Of a DNA stretch of 32,000 nucleotides, positions 1 to 7,092 are shown one piece after another. Both the position numbers and the translations under genes were made by a program. Origin of the DNA: Candidatus Nanopusillus sp. (lineage in GTDB: Archaea > Nanobdellota > Nanobdellia > Nanobdellales > Nanobdellaceae); NCBI GenBank assembly GCA_046536775.1, contig JAWDMD010000001.1:30001-62000 (forward strand), read 5' to 3'. Each line of letters starts with the position of its first letter. The first letter of the stretch is position 1. Under the pieces are notes generated by a model. The model saw only the letters and a program-made list of their open reading frames with translations, was not told the DNA's origin and made no database searches.

Positions 1-1753
1 CTGCAGATTTTGCAACATCTGTCGCATTATATACTGCTATACCAACCTCTGCTTGTTTTAATGATGGGGAATCATTTACACCATCTCCAGTCATTCCGAC
101 AATTTCTTTTTTTTCTTGTAGGTTTTTTACAATATAATATTTGTCTTCAGGATATATTTCTGCAAATATTTCAGATTCATTTATTAATTTCCTTGCTCTA
201 TCAGGATCACTTTTTAATAATTCTCTTAATTCATTTCCAGATACTATTTTATCATAATCTAATCCAATTTCTTTTCCAATTTCTTTTGCAATTGGTAATG
301 AATCTCCGGTTAACATTTTTACTTTTACCCCAAGATCTTTTAATTTTTTAATTAATTCTAGGGTATCTTTCCTTGGAACATCATATAACGCAACAAGACC
401 AATGGGTTCCCATCTATCATTATTATTTATTGCAACTGCCAAAGTTCTATAGCCTCTTGATGCAAAATCATCAACTATTTTTGATACTTCTTTAGGTATA
501 TTTATTTTACATAAATCATTAAATATAATATTTACTGCACCCTTTGATACATAAAATATTTTATCTTTATATAATACTTTTGCTTCTGTTCTTCTAGTAG
601 AAGGATCAAATGGTTTAAATTCTAATATTTTATAATCATTTTTATTTATATTAATTTCTTTTGCTTTATTAATAAATGCCATATCTATTGGATCATTATT
701 TGATTCTTGAGATGCTAATGTTCCATACAATATCACATCCTCTTTTTTATAATTATCTAATTCTTTTATATCTGTTATAGATAACCTATTATATGTCAAA
801 GTACCTGTTTTATCTGAACATAAGGTTGTCATTGTTGAAGCATCTTCTATTGCAGATAATCTTGTAATTAATGCTCCCTTTTTTGACAATTCCATAGAAC
901 CAACTGCCATTGTAACTGTTATCATTACTGGTAATGCTACTGGAATCGCAAAAAGCAATAAAGATATAATTAAAGGTAATACAGTAGAAAGTATAAACTC
1001 CAAATTATGAATATATAAAAATGAGAGTAATAATGTTAATCCACCAAATATTAATACAATTATTAATAATGCAAATATAATTTTATTTGTTGTTTCTTCG
1101 ATATGTAATTTTGGTCTTGCAGTAGATACCAGTTCTACTGTTTTTCCAAAATATGTATTCTTTCCAGTTTTATATACAATACAATTTGCTTCACCTCTTC
1201 TTATAATTGATCCCGAATATATAATCTGTCCCTTTTTCTTTTCAACTGTTAAAGATTCTCCAGTTAATACAGATTGATCTATCTCTAATGTATCATCGCT
1301 AACAATTATACAATCCGCAGGGGATATATCTCCAGCCCTTAATCTTATTATATCCCCTGGAACTAAATATTTTGATTCAGTTAACTTCCATTGTCCTTCC
1401 CTTAATACTCTCGCCTGTATTTGTAATTTTTCTTTTAATAATTCTAATGCTTTGTTTGCTTTTTCTTCATGTATAAGAGATATTAATACATTAATAAATA
1501 ATAAGAATAAAACTAAAGATGCATCTATATATCTTCCAAATATAAAATATAGTATTATAATAATTTCCAGCATTATTGAGGACAATGAAACAAATTTTTT
1601 CAAAAATTTAATCAAATTACTTTCCTTTTTTTCTTCTATTAAATTATATCCATATTCTTTTAACCTTTTATCAACTTCTTCTTTTGTTAAACCATAATCT
1701 AAATCTGAACTTAGTTCTTGAAGAACCTTTGATAATTCTACATTATCATTCAT
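1..1753 (-). CDS. P-type cation-transporting ATPase, plasma-membrane H+-ATPase-like (type III); the C-terminal part runs off the window start
   Basis: Absent from the ORF track because it is open to the window edge. My minus-strand translation from the ATG at 1753-1751 reads MNDNVELSKVLQEL... It contains the actuator motif VLTGESLTVEK, the phosphorylation motif CSDKTGTLT, and the hinge MTGDGVNDSPALKQAEVGIAV at the window edge. LTGDSLPIAKEIG and IFAEIYPEDKYYIVKNLQ resemble PMA/MJ1226-type H+-ATPases. Confidence 0.9.
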   Translation of the reverse strand, partial: MNDNVELSKVLQELSSDLDYGLTKEEVDKRLKEYGYNLIEEKKESNLIKFLKKFVSLSSIMLEIIIILYFIFGRYIDASLVLFLLFINVLISLIHEEKANKALELLKEKLQIQARVLREGQWKLTESKYLVPGDIIRLRAGDISPADCIIVSDDTLEIDQSVLTGESLTVEKKKGQIIYSGSIIRRGEANCIVYKTGKNTYFGKTVELVSTARPKLHIEETTNKIIFALLIIVLIFGGLTLLLSFLYIHNLEFILSTVLPLIISLLLFAIPVALPVMITVTMAVGSMELSKKGALITRLSAIEDASTMTTLCSDKTGTLTYNRLSITDIKELDNYKKEDVILYGTLASQESNNDPIDMAFINKAKEININKNDYKILEFKPFDPSTRRTEAKVLYKDKIFYVSKGAVNIIFNDLCKINIPKEVSKIVDDFASRGYRTLAVAINNNDRWEPIGLVALYDVPRKDTLELIKKLKDLGVKVKMLTGDSLPIAKEIGKEIGLDYDKIVSGNELRELLKSDPDRARKLINESEIFAEIYPEDKYYIVKNLQEKKEIVGMTGDGVNDSPSLKQAEVGIAVYNATDVAKSA

Positions 1754-1772
1754 ACTATAAAAACTTCCTTAT

Positions 1773-1782
1773 TATTTATAAA
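1773..1782 (-). promoter_or_regulatory. TATA-box-like element (TTTATAAATA on the minus strand) 20-29 nt upstream of the ATPase ATG
   Basis: Sequence and spacing match the pattern recurring upstream of first-in-unit genes in this window. This implies a leaderless or very short-leader mRNA. Confidence 0.4.
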
Positions 1783-1809
1783 GAATGATAGCTAAAAAAT
1801 CCTTTATTT

Positions 1810-2130
1810 CTACCTATTATCTCCACTACCTTGTAGAGTTCCTCTTTCTTTTCTACCTCTAACTTTCTTCAAATTATATTCTGCAACTTCTTCTAGAGAA
1901 ATATTAAATCTTCTTGAAGTTTCTGAAAGATACCATAAAATATCTCCAAGTTCTGATATAATTTCTTCCCTTGGTATTTGAATATTATCCCTAGCAATTT
2001 TCTTTATTTTATTTAATAATTCTCCAACTTCTCCAGCCAATGCTAATGCAGTATAATAAAATCCTCCATCCAATTTATCTGGATATATTGCAGTTTCTTT
2101 TGCTCTTTCTTGATATTCATTAAATTCCAT
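1810..2130 (-). CDS. mazG: MazG-like nucleoside triphosphate pyrophosphohydrolase (all-alpha NTP-PPase), 106 aa
   Basis: Family-typical pattern: YQERAKETAIYP, LAGEVGELLNKIKKIARD, LGDILWYLSETSRRFNISLEEVAEYNLKKVRGRKERG. Confidence 0.75.
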   Translation of the reverse strand: MEFNEYQERAKETAIYPDKLDGGFYYTALALAGEVGELLNKIKKIARDNIQIPREEIISELGDILWYLSETSRRFNISLEEVAEYNLKKVRGRKERGTLQGSGDNR

Positions 2131-2149
2131 TAACTATATTTATAAAAAA

Positions 2150-2159
2150 TTTATATAAA
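2150..2159 (-). promoter_or_regulatory. TATA-box-like element (TTTATATAA on the minus strand) about 20-29 nt upstream of the mazG-like ATG
   Basis: Directly abuts the 3' end of the tRNA-Ser gene. Same motif and spacing as other promoters in the window. Confidence 0.4.
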
Positions 2160-2243
2160 CGCCGCGGGTGGGATTTGAACCCACGCCCCCTTTCGGGGAT
2201 ATGGTCTCAAGCCATACCCCTTGGACCACTCGGGCACCGCGGC
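2160..2243 (-). tRNA. tRNA-Ser(UGA): tRNA-Ser (anticodon UGA), class II with a long variable arm, no intron, no encoded CCA
   Basis: The reverse complement folds by hand. Acceptor stem GCCGCGG/CCGCGGC. Anticodon stem TATGG/CCATA with loop CTTGAGA (U33, then UGA). Variable arm CCCC-GAAA-GGGG. T arm GTGGG-TTCAAAT-CCCAC. Discriminator G. About 56 of 84 nt are G+C, a sharp island in AT-rich DNA. Confidence 0.9.
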
Positions 2244-2262
2244 ATATAAATAATTTTGATCT

Positions 2263-2571
2263 TTATACAATTTTAAAATATTTGGGTTTTAAATATTCCA
2301 ATAGATCATAGACTAGCCTTGATGAATCAAAATTATTTGAAGAGATATATATAAAACAATAATCAATTCTTTCCCAATAATTTAATGCAATAATAAATTT
2401 ATTTGTATCAAATAAAAATGAAGAAAATTTTTCTTTATCCGATATTATTATTTTTTTATTATTTATTACCAATTTATATTTATCAACTAAATAATCAAAA
2501 AATTTATATATATCCTGCTCAGAAAATAAAAAATTATTTCCTATTCCATTAAGAACTAGTTTTACTTCCAT
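2263..2571 (-). CDS. hypothetical protein, 102 aa, immediately downstream of herA and overlapping it
   Basis: Complete ORF whose start overlaps the herA 3' end by 23 nt. No motif recognised. Confidence 0.45.
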   Translation of the reverse strand: MEVKLVLNGIGNNFLFSEQDIYKFFDYLVDKYKLVINNKKIIISDKEKFSSFLFDTNKFIIALNYWERIDYCFIYISSNNFDSSRLVYDLLEYLKPKYFKIV

Positions 2572-4186
2572 ATAATATTCTCTCTCTTATTATATTATCT
2601 ATATCTTCTTCAGTTCCACCAACCTCTACAGATTTTATTACCTTTAATATTGCTGGATTCTTTAATGCTAGCCCAACTGCTAGACATGAACCAGTTTCTA
2701 ATTTTGTTAATGCTTCAAAATATTCTCTAGATAAATAAGGACATGTTTTCCTTATAAATTCCAAATCTTTTGGATTTATTATCTTTAATAAGATAAATGT
2801 ATTTAATTGAGATGTAATATCTTCAATAATACTAGAAGGTACCTGAGATACTAAGATTAATCCCAAACCAAACTTTCTTCCTTCTCTTGCAATTAAAGAT
2901 ATTCTCGAAGAAACTTCACTATTTTTTGATGCAAATCTATGTGCTTCCTCAATTACAATTCCTAAAATATCTGTTTTATTATTAAATTTCCATGATTTAT
3001 ATTTTTCGTAGGTAACTTCTAATAATATATCTATTAATATTCTCTGTTCTTCAATTGATAATGGATATAAATCAAATATAATTATTCTTGGAATAAATTT
3101 ATTAGATTCTTCTAAATATACCTCTCCGTTTTCTTCTTTAACTATATTATAATCAGAAATACTAAAGTTTCTAATATCTTCTAACAATTTATTAAATAAT
3201 TCATCTACATTTTCGCCCATATCATCTACATTTCTTGGGAATAATAACCAATCCTTTATCCTTAACAATCTTGATTGTAAAGATCTTACTACATCTTCTC
3301 TATTTTTGTATTTTTCAAATATTTGTGGTGGGTCTTTTTTATTTACCATTTCCAATAATTTATCCATGAATTTTGGTGCTTTTCCTTCTTCTAATGATAA
3401 AATTTTATATAATAAAGAATAAACATGTGGAGCCTGTTTTCCAGATATTCCAAGAAAACTTTCCATATAATCTTTTATATATTTTAATGATAATTTCGCA
3501 TTATATACTATTACATTTTTCTTGTTTCTTTCACTTATTAATTTTTCTATAAATTCTTTTTCCCTTTTACTAAACGTTATTATTATAGAATTTTCAAATG
3601 ATAATATATAATCTCTATGAATATCAAACAACAATATTGGTATATTCTTCTTTGATAATTCGCTTATTATATGAGCAACTGTTGTACTTTTTCCAGAACC
3701 AGTTATTCCAAATATTCCAGTATGTCTTATAATTAAATTCTTTATACCTAAATCTACAAAAAATTCTTTATTCTGTAAATTTATTTTCCCCAAAGATATT
3801 GATGACTCTTTTTCTTCAAATGAATATATTTTACTCACTTCTTCCTCTTCTGGTAAGAATACTTCATCCCCAGGAACTGGTGGAGTTTTTGGTTTTTCTT
3901 GTAATATTTTCCCATTTTTTATTACCCCAATAAATATTGCCTTTCCAATTATTAAATATTGTAATTTTTTCATTTGTCCATATAATAATTCTATTGCTTC
4001 ATAATCAAATAATCTTTCTTCCTCAATAGCTTCAGATTTTAAATCTTCAATTATTCCAAAATAAAAAAAATCACCAATTTTTACTTTAACTATACTTCCA
4101 ATACCGACTGAATATCTTTCCTTTGGATCAACAACAAAATAAAAATATTCGGATGTTGCTTCGTTTATAACATAGCCAACTTTCAT
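2549..4186 (-). CDS. herA: HerA-type hexameric DNA helicase/ATPase (HAS-barrel + DUF87/FtsK-like ATPase)
   Basis: Walker A GIFGITGSGKSTTVAH. Walker B-like GIVIEEAHRF. N-terminal barrel-like segment VGYVINEATSEYFYFVVDPKE...IVKVKIGDFFYFGIIEDL. The ORF track starts at 4249, but I prefer the MKVGYV start at 4186 because it removes the overlap with the divergent uS13 gene. Confidence 0.8.
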   Translation of the reverse strand: MKVGYVINEATSEYFYFVVDPKERYSVGIGSIVKVKIGDFFYFGIIEDLKSEAIEEERLFDYEAIELLYGQMKKLQYLIIGKAIFIGVIKNGKILQEKPKTPPVPGDEVFLPEEEEVSKIYSFEEKESSISLGKINLQNKEFFVDLGIKNLIIRHTGIFGITGSGKSTTVAHIISELSKKNIPILLFDIHRDYILSFENSIIITFSKREKEFIEKLISERNKKNVIVYNAKLSLKYIKDYMESFLGISGKQAPHVYSLLYKILSLEEGKAPKFMDKLLEMVNKKDPPQIFEKYKNREDVVRSLQSRLLRIKDWLLFPRNVDDMGENVDELFNKLLEDIRNFSISDYNIVKEENGEVYLEESNKFIPRIIIFDLYPLSIEEQRILIDILLEVTYEKYKSWKFNNKTDILGIVIEEAHRFASKNSEVSSRISLIAREGRKFGLGLILVSQVPSSIIEDITSQLNTFILLKIINPKDLEFIRKTCPYLSREYFEALTKLETGSCLAVGLALKNPAILKVIKSVEVGGTEEDIDNIIRERILYGSKTSS

Positions 4187-4206
4187 AGATGTATATTTAT
4201 AATATA

Positions 4207-4215
4207 CTTTTAAAC
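4207..4215. promoter_or_regulatory. Central A/T element (CTTTTAAAC) in the 50-bp herA/rps13 divergent spacer; candidate shared TATA box
   Basis: Lies 21-29 nt from the preferred herA ATG (4186) and 22-30 nt from the preferred rps13 ATG (4237). Depends on those start choices. Confidence 0.3.
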
Positions 4216-4236
4216 ATTTTTTATCTAAATATTTTA

Positions 4237-4749
4237 ATGCCTGGTGCACTTAAAATAATAATACCTGAAGGAAGCACATTGAAGGATGTTATACGTATTG
4301 TAGGAGTAGAATTGAATGGACATAAACCCATAATTGTAGAATTAAGAAAAATACCTGGAGTAAATTGGAGATTTGCTAATGCTGTATGCAATGTATTAAA
4401 GATAAATAAATGGCAAGTTTTAGGATCTTTAACAGATGAGGAATTAGAAAAATTAGAGGATTGTTTAAAAAGACCACAAAATTATGGTATACCATCTTGG
4501 ATGTTAGATAGAAGAAAAGATATTAAAGATGGTCAAGATAAACATTTGGTAGGACCAGATTGGGAAATTCAAGTAAAAATGGATATAAAAGAAAAAATTG
4601 AATTAAAAACATGGAAAGGACACAGACATATGCATAAATTACCTGTCAGAGGACAAAGAACAAGATCTCATCATAGAGGCGGTTCTACTATTGGTGTAAT
4701 AAAGAGTAAAGAAGTAAGGGCCCAACAAAAATCTGAAAATAAAGAGTAA
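4237..4749 (+). CDS. rps13: 30S ribosomal protein uS13 (S13P)
   Basis: DVIRIVGVELNGHKP, LTDEELEKLEDCL, GIPSWMLDRRKD and HKLPVRGQRTRSHHRGGSTIGV match archaeal S13. The ORF track starts at 4189. I prefer the ATG at 4237 (MPGALK...); a TTG at 4279 is also possible. Confidence 0.9.
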   Translation: MPGALKIIIPEGSTLKDVIRIVGVELNGHKPIIVELRKIPGVNWRFANAVCNVLKINKWQVLGSLTDEELEKLEDCLKRPQNYGIPSWMLDRRKDIKDGQDKHLVGPDWEIQVKMDIKEKIELKTWKGHRHMHKLPVRGQRTRSHHRGGSTIGVIKSKEVRAQQKSENKE

Positions 4750-4750
4750 A

Positions 4751-5314
4751 ATGTGGAAAAATAGAAAAATCTGGGAGAGCCCCAGACATCCATGGCAAAA
4801 GGACAGAATAGAAGAGGAAAGGCAATTATTAAAACATTATGGATTAAAAAATAAAAGAGAAATATGGAAAGCTTCTACAATTGCTAGAAGAATAAGATTT
4901 TATGTTAGATATTTAAATGCTAAAAAAGCTGCAGGAGTAGATGTATCAAAAGAAGAAGAAAAATTGAAGAATAGGTTAGTTAGATTGGGATTGTTAAATA
5001 AAAATTCAGATATAAGCGAAGCTTTAAACATAACAGTAAGGGAAATACTGGAAAGAAGATTACAGACAATTGTATTTAGAAAAGGTTTAACAAAAACAAT
5101 AAAACAAGCAAGACAATTAATTGTGCATAGACATATTGCTATAGGGGATAAAGTAATATCTTCTCCAGGTTATTTGGTTAGAGTTGATGAAGAAAATAAA
5201 ATAAGTTATAATCCTTATTCAAATATAGATAAGGAAAAATTATTAAGTCAAAATATAAATAAAGAAGAAAACAAAGAATCAACCGTACAAGAGGCTAATC
5301 AATCTTCTCAATAA
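4751..5314 (+). CDS. rps4: 30S ribosomal protein uS4 (S4P)
   Basis: ESPRHPWQKDRIEEE..LLKHYGLKNKREIWKA is typical of archaeal S4. S4 RNA-binding domain: RRLQTIVFRKGLTKTIKQARQLIVHRHIAIGDKVISSPGYLV. The start is 2 nt after the rps13 stop. Confidence 0.9.
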   Translation: MWKNRKIWESPRHPWQKDRIEEERQLLKHYGLKNKREIWKASTIARRIRFYVRYLNAKKAAGVDVSKEEEKLKNRLVRLGLLNKNSDISEALNITVREILERRLQTIVFRKGLTKTIKQARQLIVHRHIAIGDKVISSPGYLVRVDEENKISYNPYSNIDKEKLLSQNINKEENKESTVQEANQSSQ

Positions 5315-5608
5315 TCCTTTCTTTTTCTTTTTTACTTTCTTCTTATTCTTTAAAATTTTATTTAGCCTATTTATATTTTTATTTAATAATATTATAGATA
5401 AATTAAACTCTTTTATCATTTCTACCTGACTTCTTAATTCGCTTATAGATTGATCTAATTCAGAAATATTATATGGAAAAGTTTCTTGAACCTTTATATA
5501 TTCAATACCTTTCTTTAATATATCTTTTATTGTATAACCTTTTTTCTTTAATTCTTCTAAATCTTCTTTAATATCTCCAATATATATTGTTGTTGAATCC
5601 TTTGACAT
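5279..5608 (-). CDS. hypothetical protein, 109 aa; possible ribbon-helix-helix-like N-terminus, coiled coil and Lys-rich tail
   Basis: TTIYIGDIKEDLEELKKKGYTIKDILKKGIEYI has a strand-helix-helix pattern, and a TATA-like box lies about 30 nt upstream. The 3' end overlaps the rps4 3' end convergently by 36 nt. The functional call is weak. Confidence 0.4.
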   Translation of the reverse strand: MSKDSTTIYIGDIKEDLEELKKKGYTIKDILKKGIEYIKVQETFPYNISELDQSISELRSQVEMIKEFNLSIILLNKNINRLNKILKNKKKVKKKKKGLLRRLISLLYG

Positions 5609-6048
5609 TTAAAAAATAGGTACTTTATTCTTTATATAATATATTAGAAAAATTTATATATAATATTTATAAAATTTTTCATAAAACTTATAAAGAGAAA
5701 TTGTTACACCTATAATATAATAAAGTTTTATATAATTATACGACATTAAATTATGTTATTACAAAAAAGTTATCCTAATATATGACAAATTTTACTATAG
5801 GAATTTATAAATAAAAAATTTGTATCTAATAGGTTGTATATCATATTTCTAATACAAAAAACTTATTATATCTATATATAAAATTTTTGGAAAATATTTA
5901 TAAAATATTAGTTAGGTCGCATAACTTTATATTATTTATAAATATACTAACTAAAAAGTACTCATATCATAAAATAATATGACAATCTATTAGTAATAAA
6001 TAGAAAAACTTATTAATAAATACTTAAAAATTCCAAAGTTGTATATAT
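5609..6048. other. 440-bp non-coding, extremely AT-rich spacer between divergent genes
   Basis: No ORF above about 10 codons on either strand by inspection, and no GC-rich, RNA-like island. Multiple TATA-like motifs. Exact 14-mer AATATTTATAAAAT at 5662-5675 and 5893-5906. AAAACTTAT occurs three times. Inverted repeat ACAAATTTT/AAAATTTGT near 5785-5823. Confidence 0.6.
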
Positions 6049-7092
6049 ATGAATTTTTATTATCAAAATTTTATGGTGGAATATTGTAAATTACCATATG
6101 AAAATGAAAAATATCAAATCCTTATTAAAAAAGAAGAAGAAACAAATGAAAAATATGGATATGACCCATGGAAAAGACCAATAAACGAATTGTTAGATTT
6201 CTCAATTATTAATTTAGATAAACCAAAAGGACCCACATCACATCAGGTTTCTGGATGGATAAAAAATATTTTAAATAAAAAAACAGGGCATGCAGGTACA
6301 TTGGACCCAAAAGTAACTGGAGTATTACCGATAGGAATCGGGGGAGGAACAAAGGTATTAAAATTATTGTTAACTGCTGGAAAAGAATATATAGCATGGA
6401 TGCATATACATAGTAATATTGATGAAAATAGAGTATATGAAGTATTAAATAAATTCCAAGGAAAGATTATTCAAAAACCTCCATTAAAATCTGCAGTAAA
6501 AAAGGTTCCCAGAGAGAAAAATGTTTATTGTATAAAAGTATTGGAAGTTGATGGCAGAGATTGGTTATTACAAATTGCAACAGAAGCTGGAGTATATATA
6601 AGAAAATTAATAGATGACATAGGAAAGAATTTAGGAACAAAAGCCCATATGCAACAATTAAGAAGGATTAGAGTCGGAGAGCTAAAGGAAGATTCTGAAA
6701 AATATCCTCTATCCACCTTACAAGATATAATTGACTCTATATGGTTTTGGAGAAATGAAAATAATGAAAAATATATAAGAAGGGTTTTTCTACCAGCAGA
6801 GGTTGCAGCAGAACATATAAAGAAAATCTGGATATTTGATACTGCAGTAGATGCGATTGCACATGGGGCGAACCTAACAGTTAAGGGAATATCAAAACTA
6901 TACTCAAATATAAAAGAAGGTGATTTAGTAGCAATATTTACATTAAAGGGAGAAATGGTCGCATATGGAACTGCATTAATGGATTCTGAAAAAATTTTAA
7001 ATTCTGAAAAAGGTATTGCAGTTGATGTTGATAGGGTTATTATAAAAAGAGGCTTATATCCTAAAGTATGGAAGAAATCTAATATACAATGA
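6049..7092 (+). CDS. cbf5: Cbf5, H/ACA RNP pseudouridine synthase (TruB family with C-terminal PUA domain)
   Basis: LDKPKGPTSHQVSGWIK, GHAGTLDPKVTGVLPIGIGGGTK, GKEYIAWMHIH, IIQKPPLKSAVKK and the PUA-region GDLVAIFTLKGEMVAYG. Colinear with Pyrococcus Cbf5 as I recall it. An alternative leaderless start at 6073 (MVEYCK) sits 28 nt after a TATATATA element. Confidence 0.92.
   Translation: MNFYYQNFMVEYCKLPYENEKYQILIKKEEETNEKYGYDPWKRPINELLDFSIINLDKPKGPTSHQVSGWIKNILNKKTGHAGTLDPKVTGVLPIGIGGGTKVLKLLLTAGKEYIAWMHIHSNIDENRVYEVLNKFQGKIIQKPPLKSAVKKVPREKNVYCIKVLEVDGRDWLLQIATEAGVYIRKLIDDIGKNLGTKAHMQQLRRIRVGELKEDSEKYPLSTLQDIIDSIWFWRNENNEKYIRRVFLPAEVAAEHIKKIWIFDTAVDAIAHGANLTVKGISKLYSNIKEGDLVAIFTLKGEMVAYGTALMDSEKILNSEKGIAVDVDRVIIKRGLYPKVWKKSNIQ

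Noticed and set aside
10-351. ORF-track entries on the strand opposite to strong genes. Examples: 10-351, 1452-1697, 6209-6397, 6525-6716, 7213-7413, 11376-11696, 13921-14133, 15213-15440, 15610-15843, 17714-17926, 19066-19428, 19121-19312, 19486-19881, 20349-20711, 23174-23482, 24322-24519, 24833-25195, 25883-26216, 30174-30455, 30593-31041, 31321-31533 and 31645-31836.
   Set aside because: All lie fully inside well-supported genes on the other strand. Their low-complexity Leu/Ile/Phe/Ser-rich translations are typical of antisense frames in AT-rich DNA, and none has a recognisable motif. They are shadow ORFs.
2160-2243. Alternative reading of the tRNA as tRNA-Leu (GAG lies within the anticodon loop sequence CTTGAGA).
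   Set aside because: The only 5-bp anticodon stem (TATGG/CCATA) places UGA at positions 34-36 after U33. The discriminator G also fits Ser rather than Leu (A73).
2263-4186. herA plus the small unknown gene as an anti-phage HerA-based defence system.
   Set aside because: There is no effector domain (nuclease, Sir2, protease) and no mobile-element or island signature. The neighbours are tRNA, ribosomal and housekeeping genes, and the genome appears to have only this HerA to pair with Mre11-Rad50. A housekeeping role is more parsimonious.
4187-4249. Longest-ORF starts for herA (4249) and rps13 (4189), which would make the two divergent genes overlap by 61 nt.
   Set aside because: The conserved N-termini begin later (MKVGYV for herA; MPGAL...DVIRIVGV for uS13). 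The extensions are out-of-frame readings of each other's upstream DNA. The shorter starts leave a 50-bp spacer with a central TATA-like element. TSS or N-terminal proteomics data would settle it.
5609-6048. Structured ncRNA (H/ACA or C/D sRNA, RNase P, SRP) or CRISPR leader in the long spacer upstream of cbf5.
   Set aside because: There is no GC-rich stem-forming segment comparable to the tRNA. I found no C/D or ACA-box arrangement, no repeat-spacer periodicity, and any stems would be A/T-only. The region is kept as an unexplained spacer rather than called as an RNA gene.
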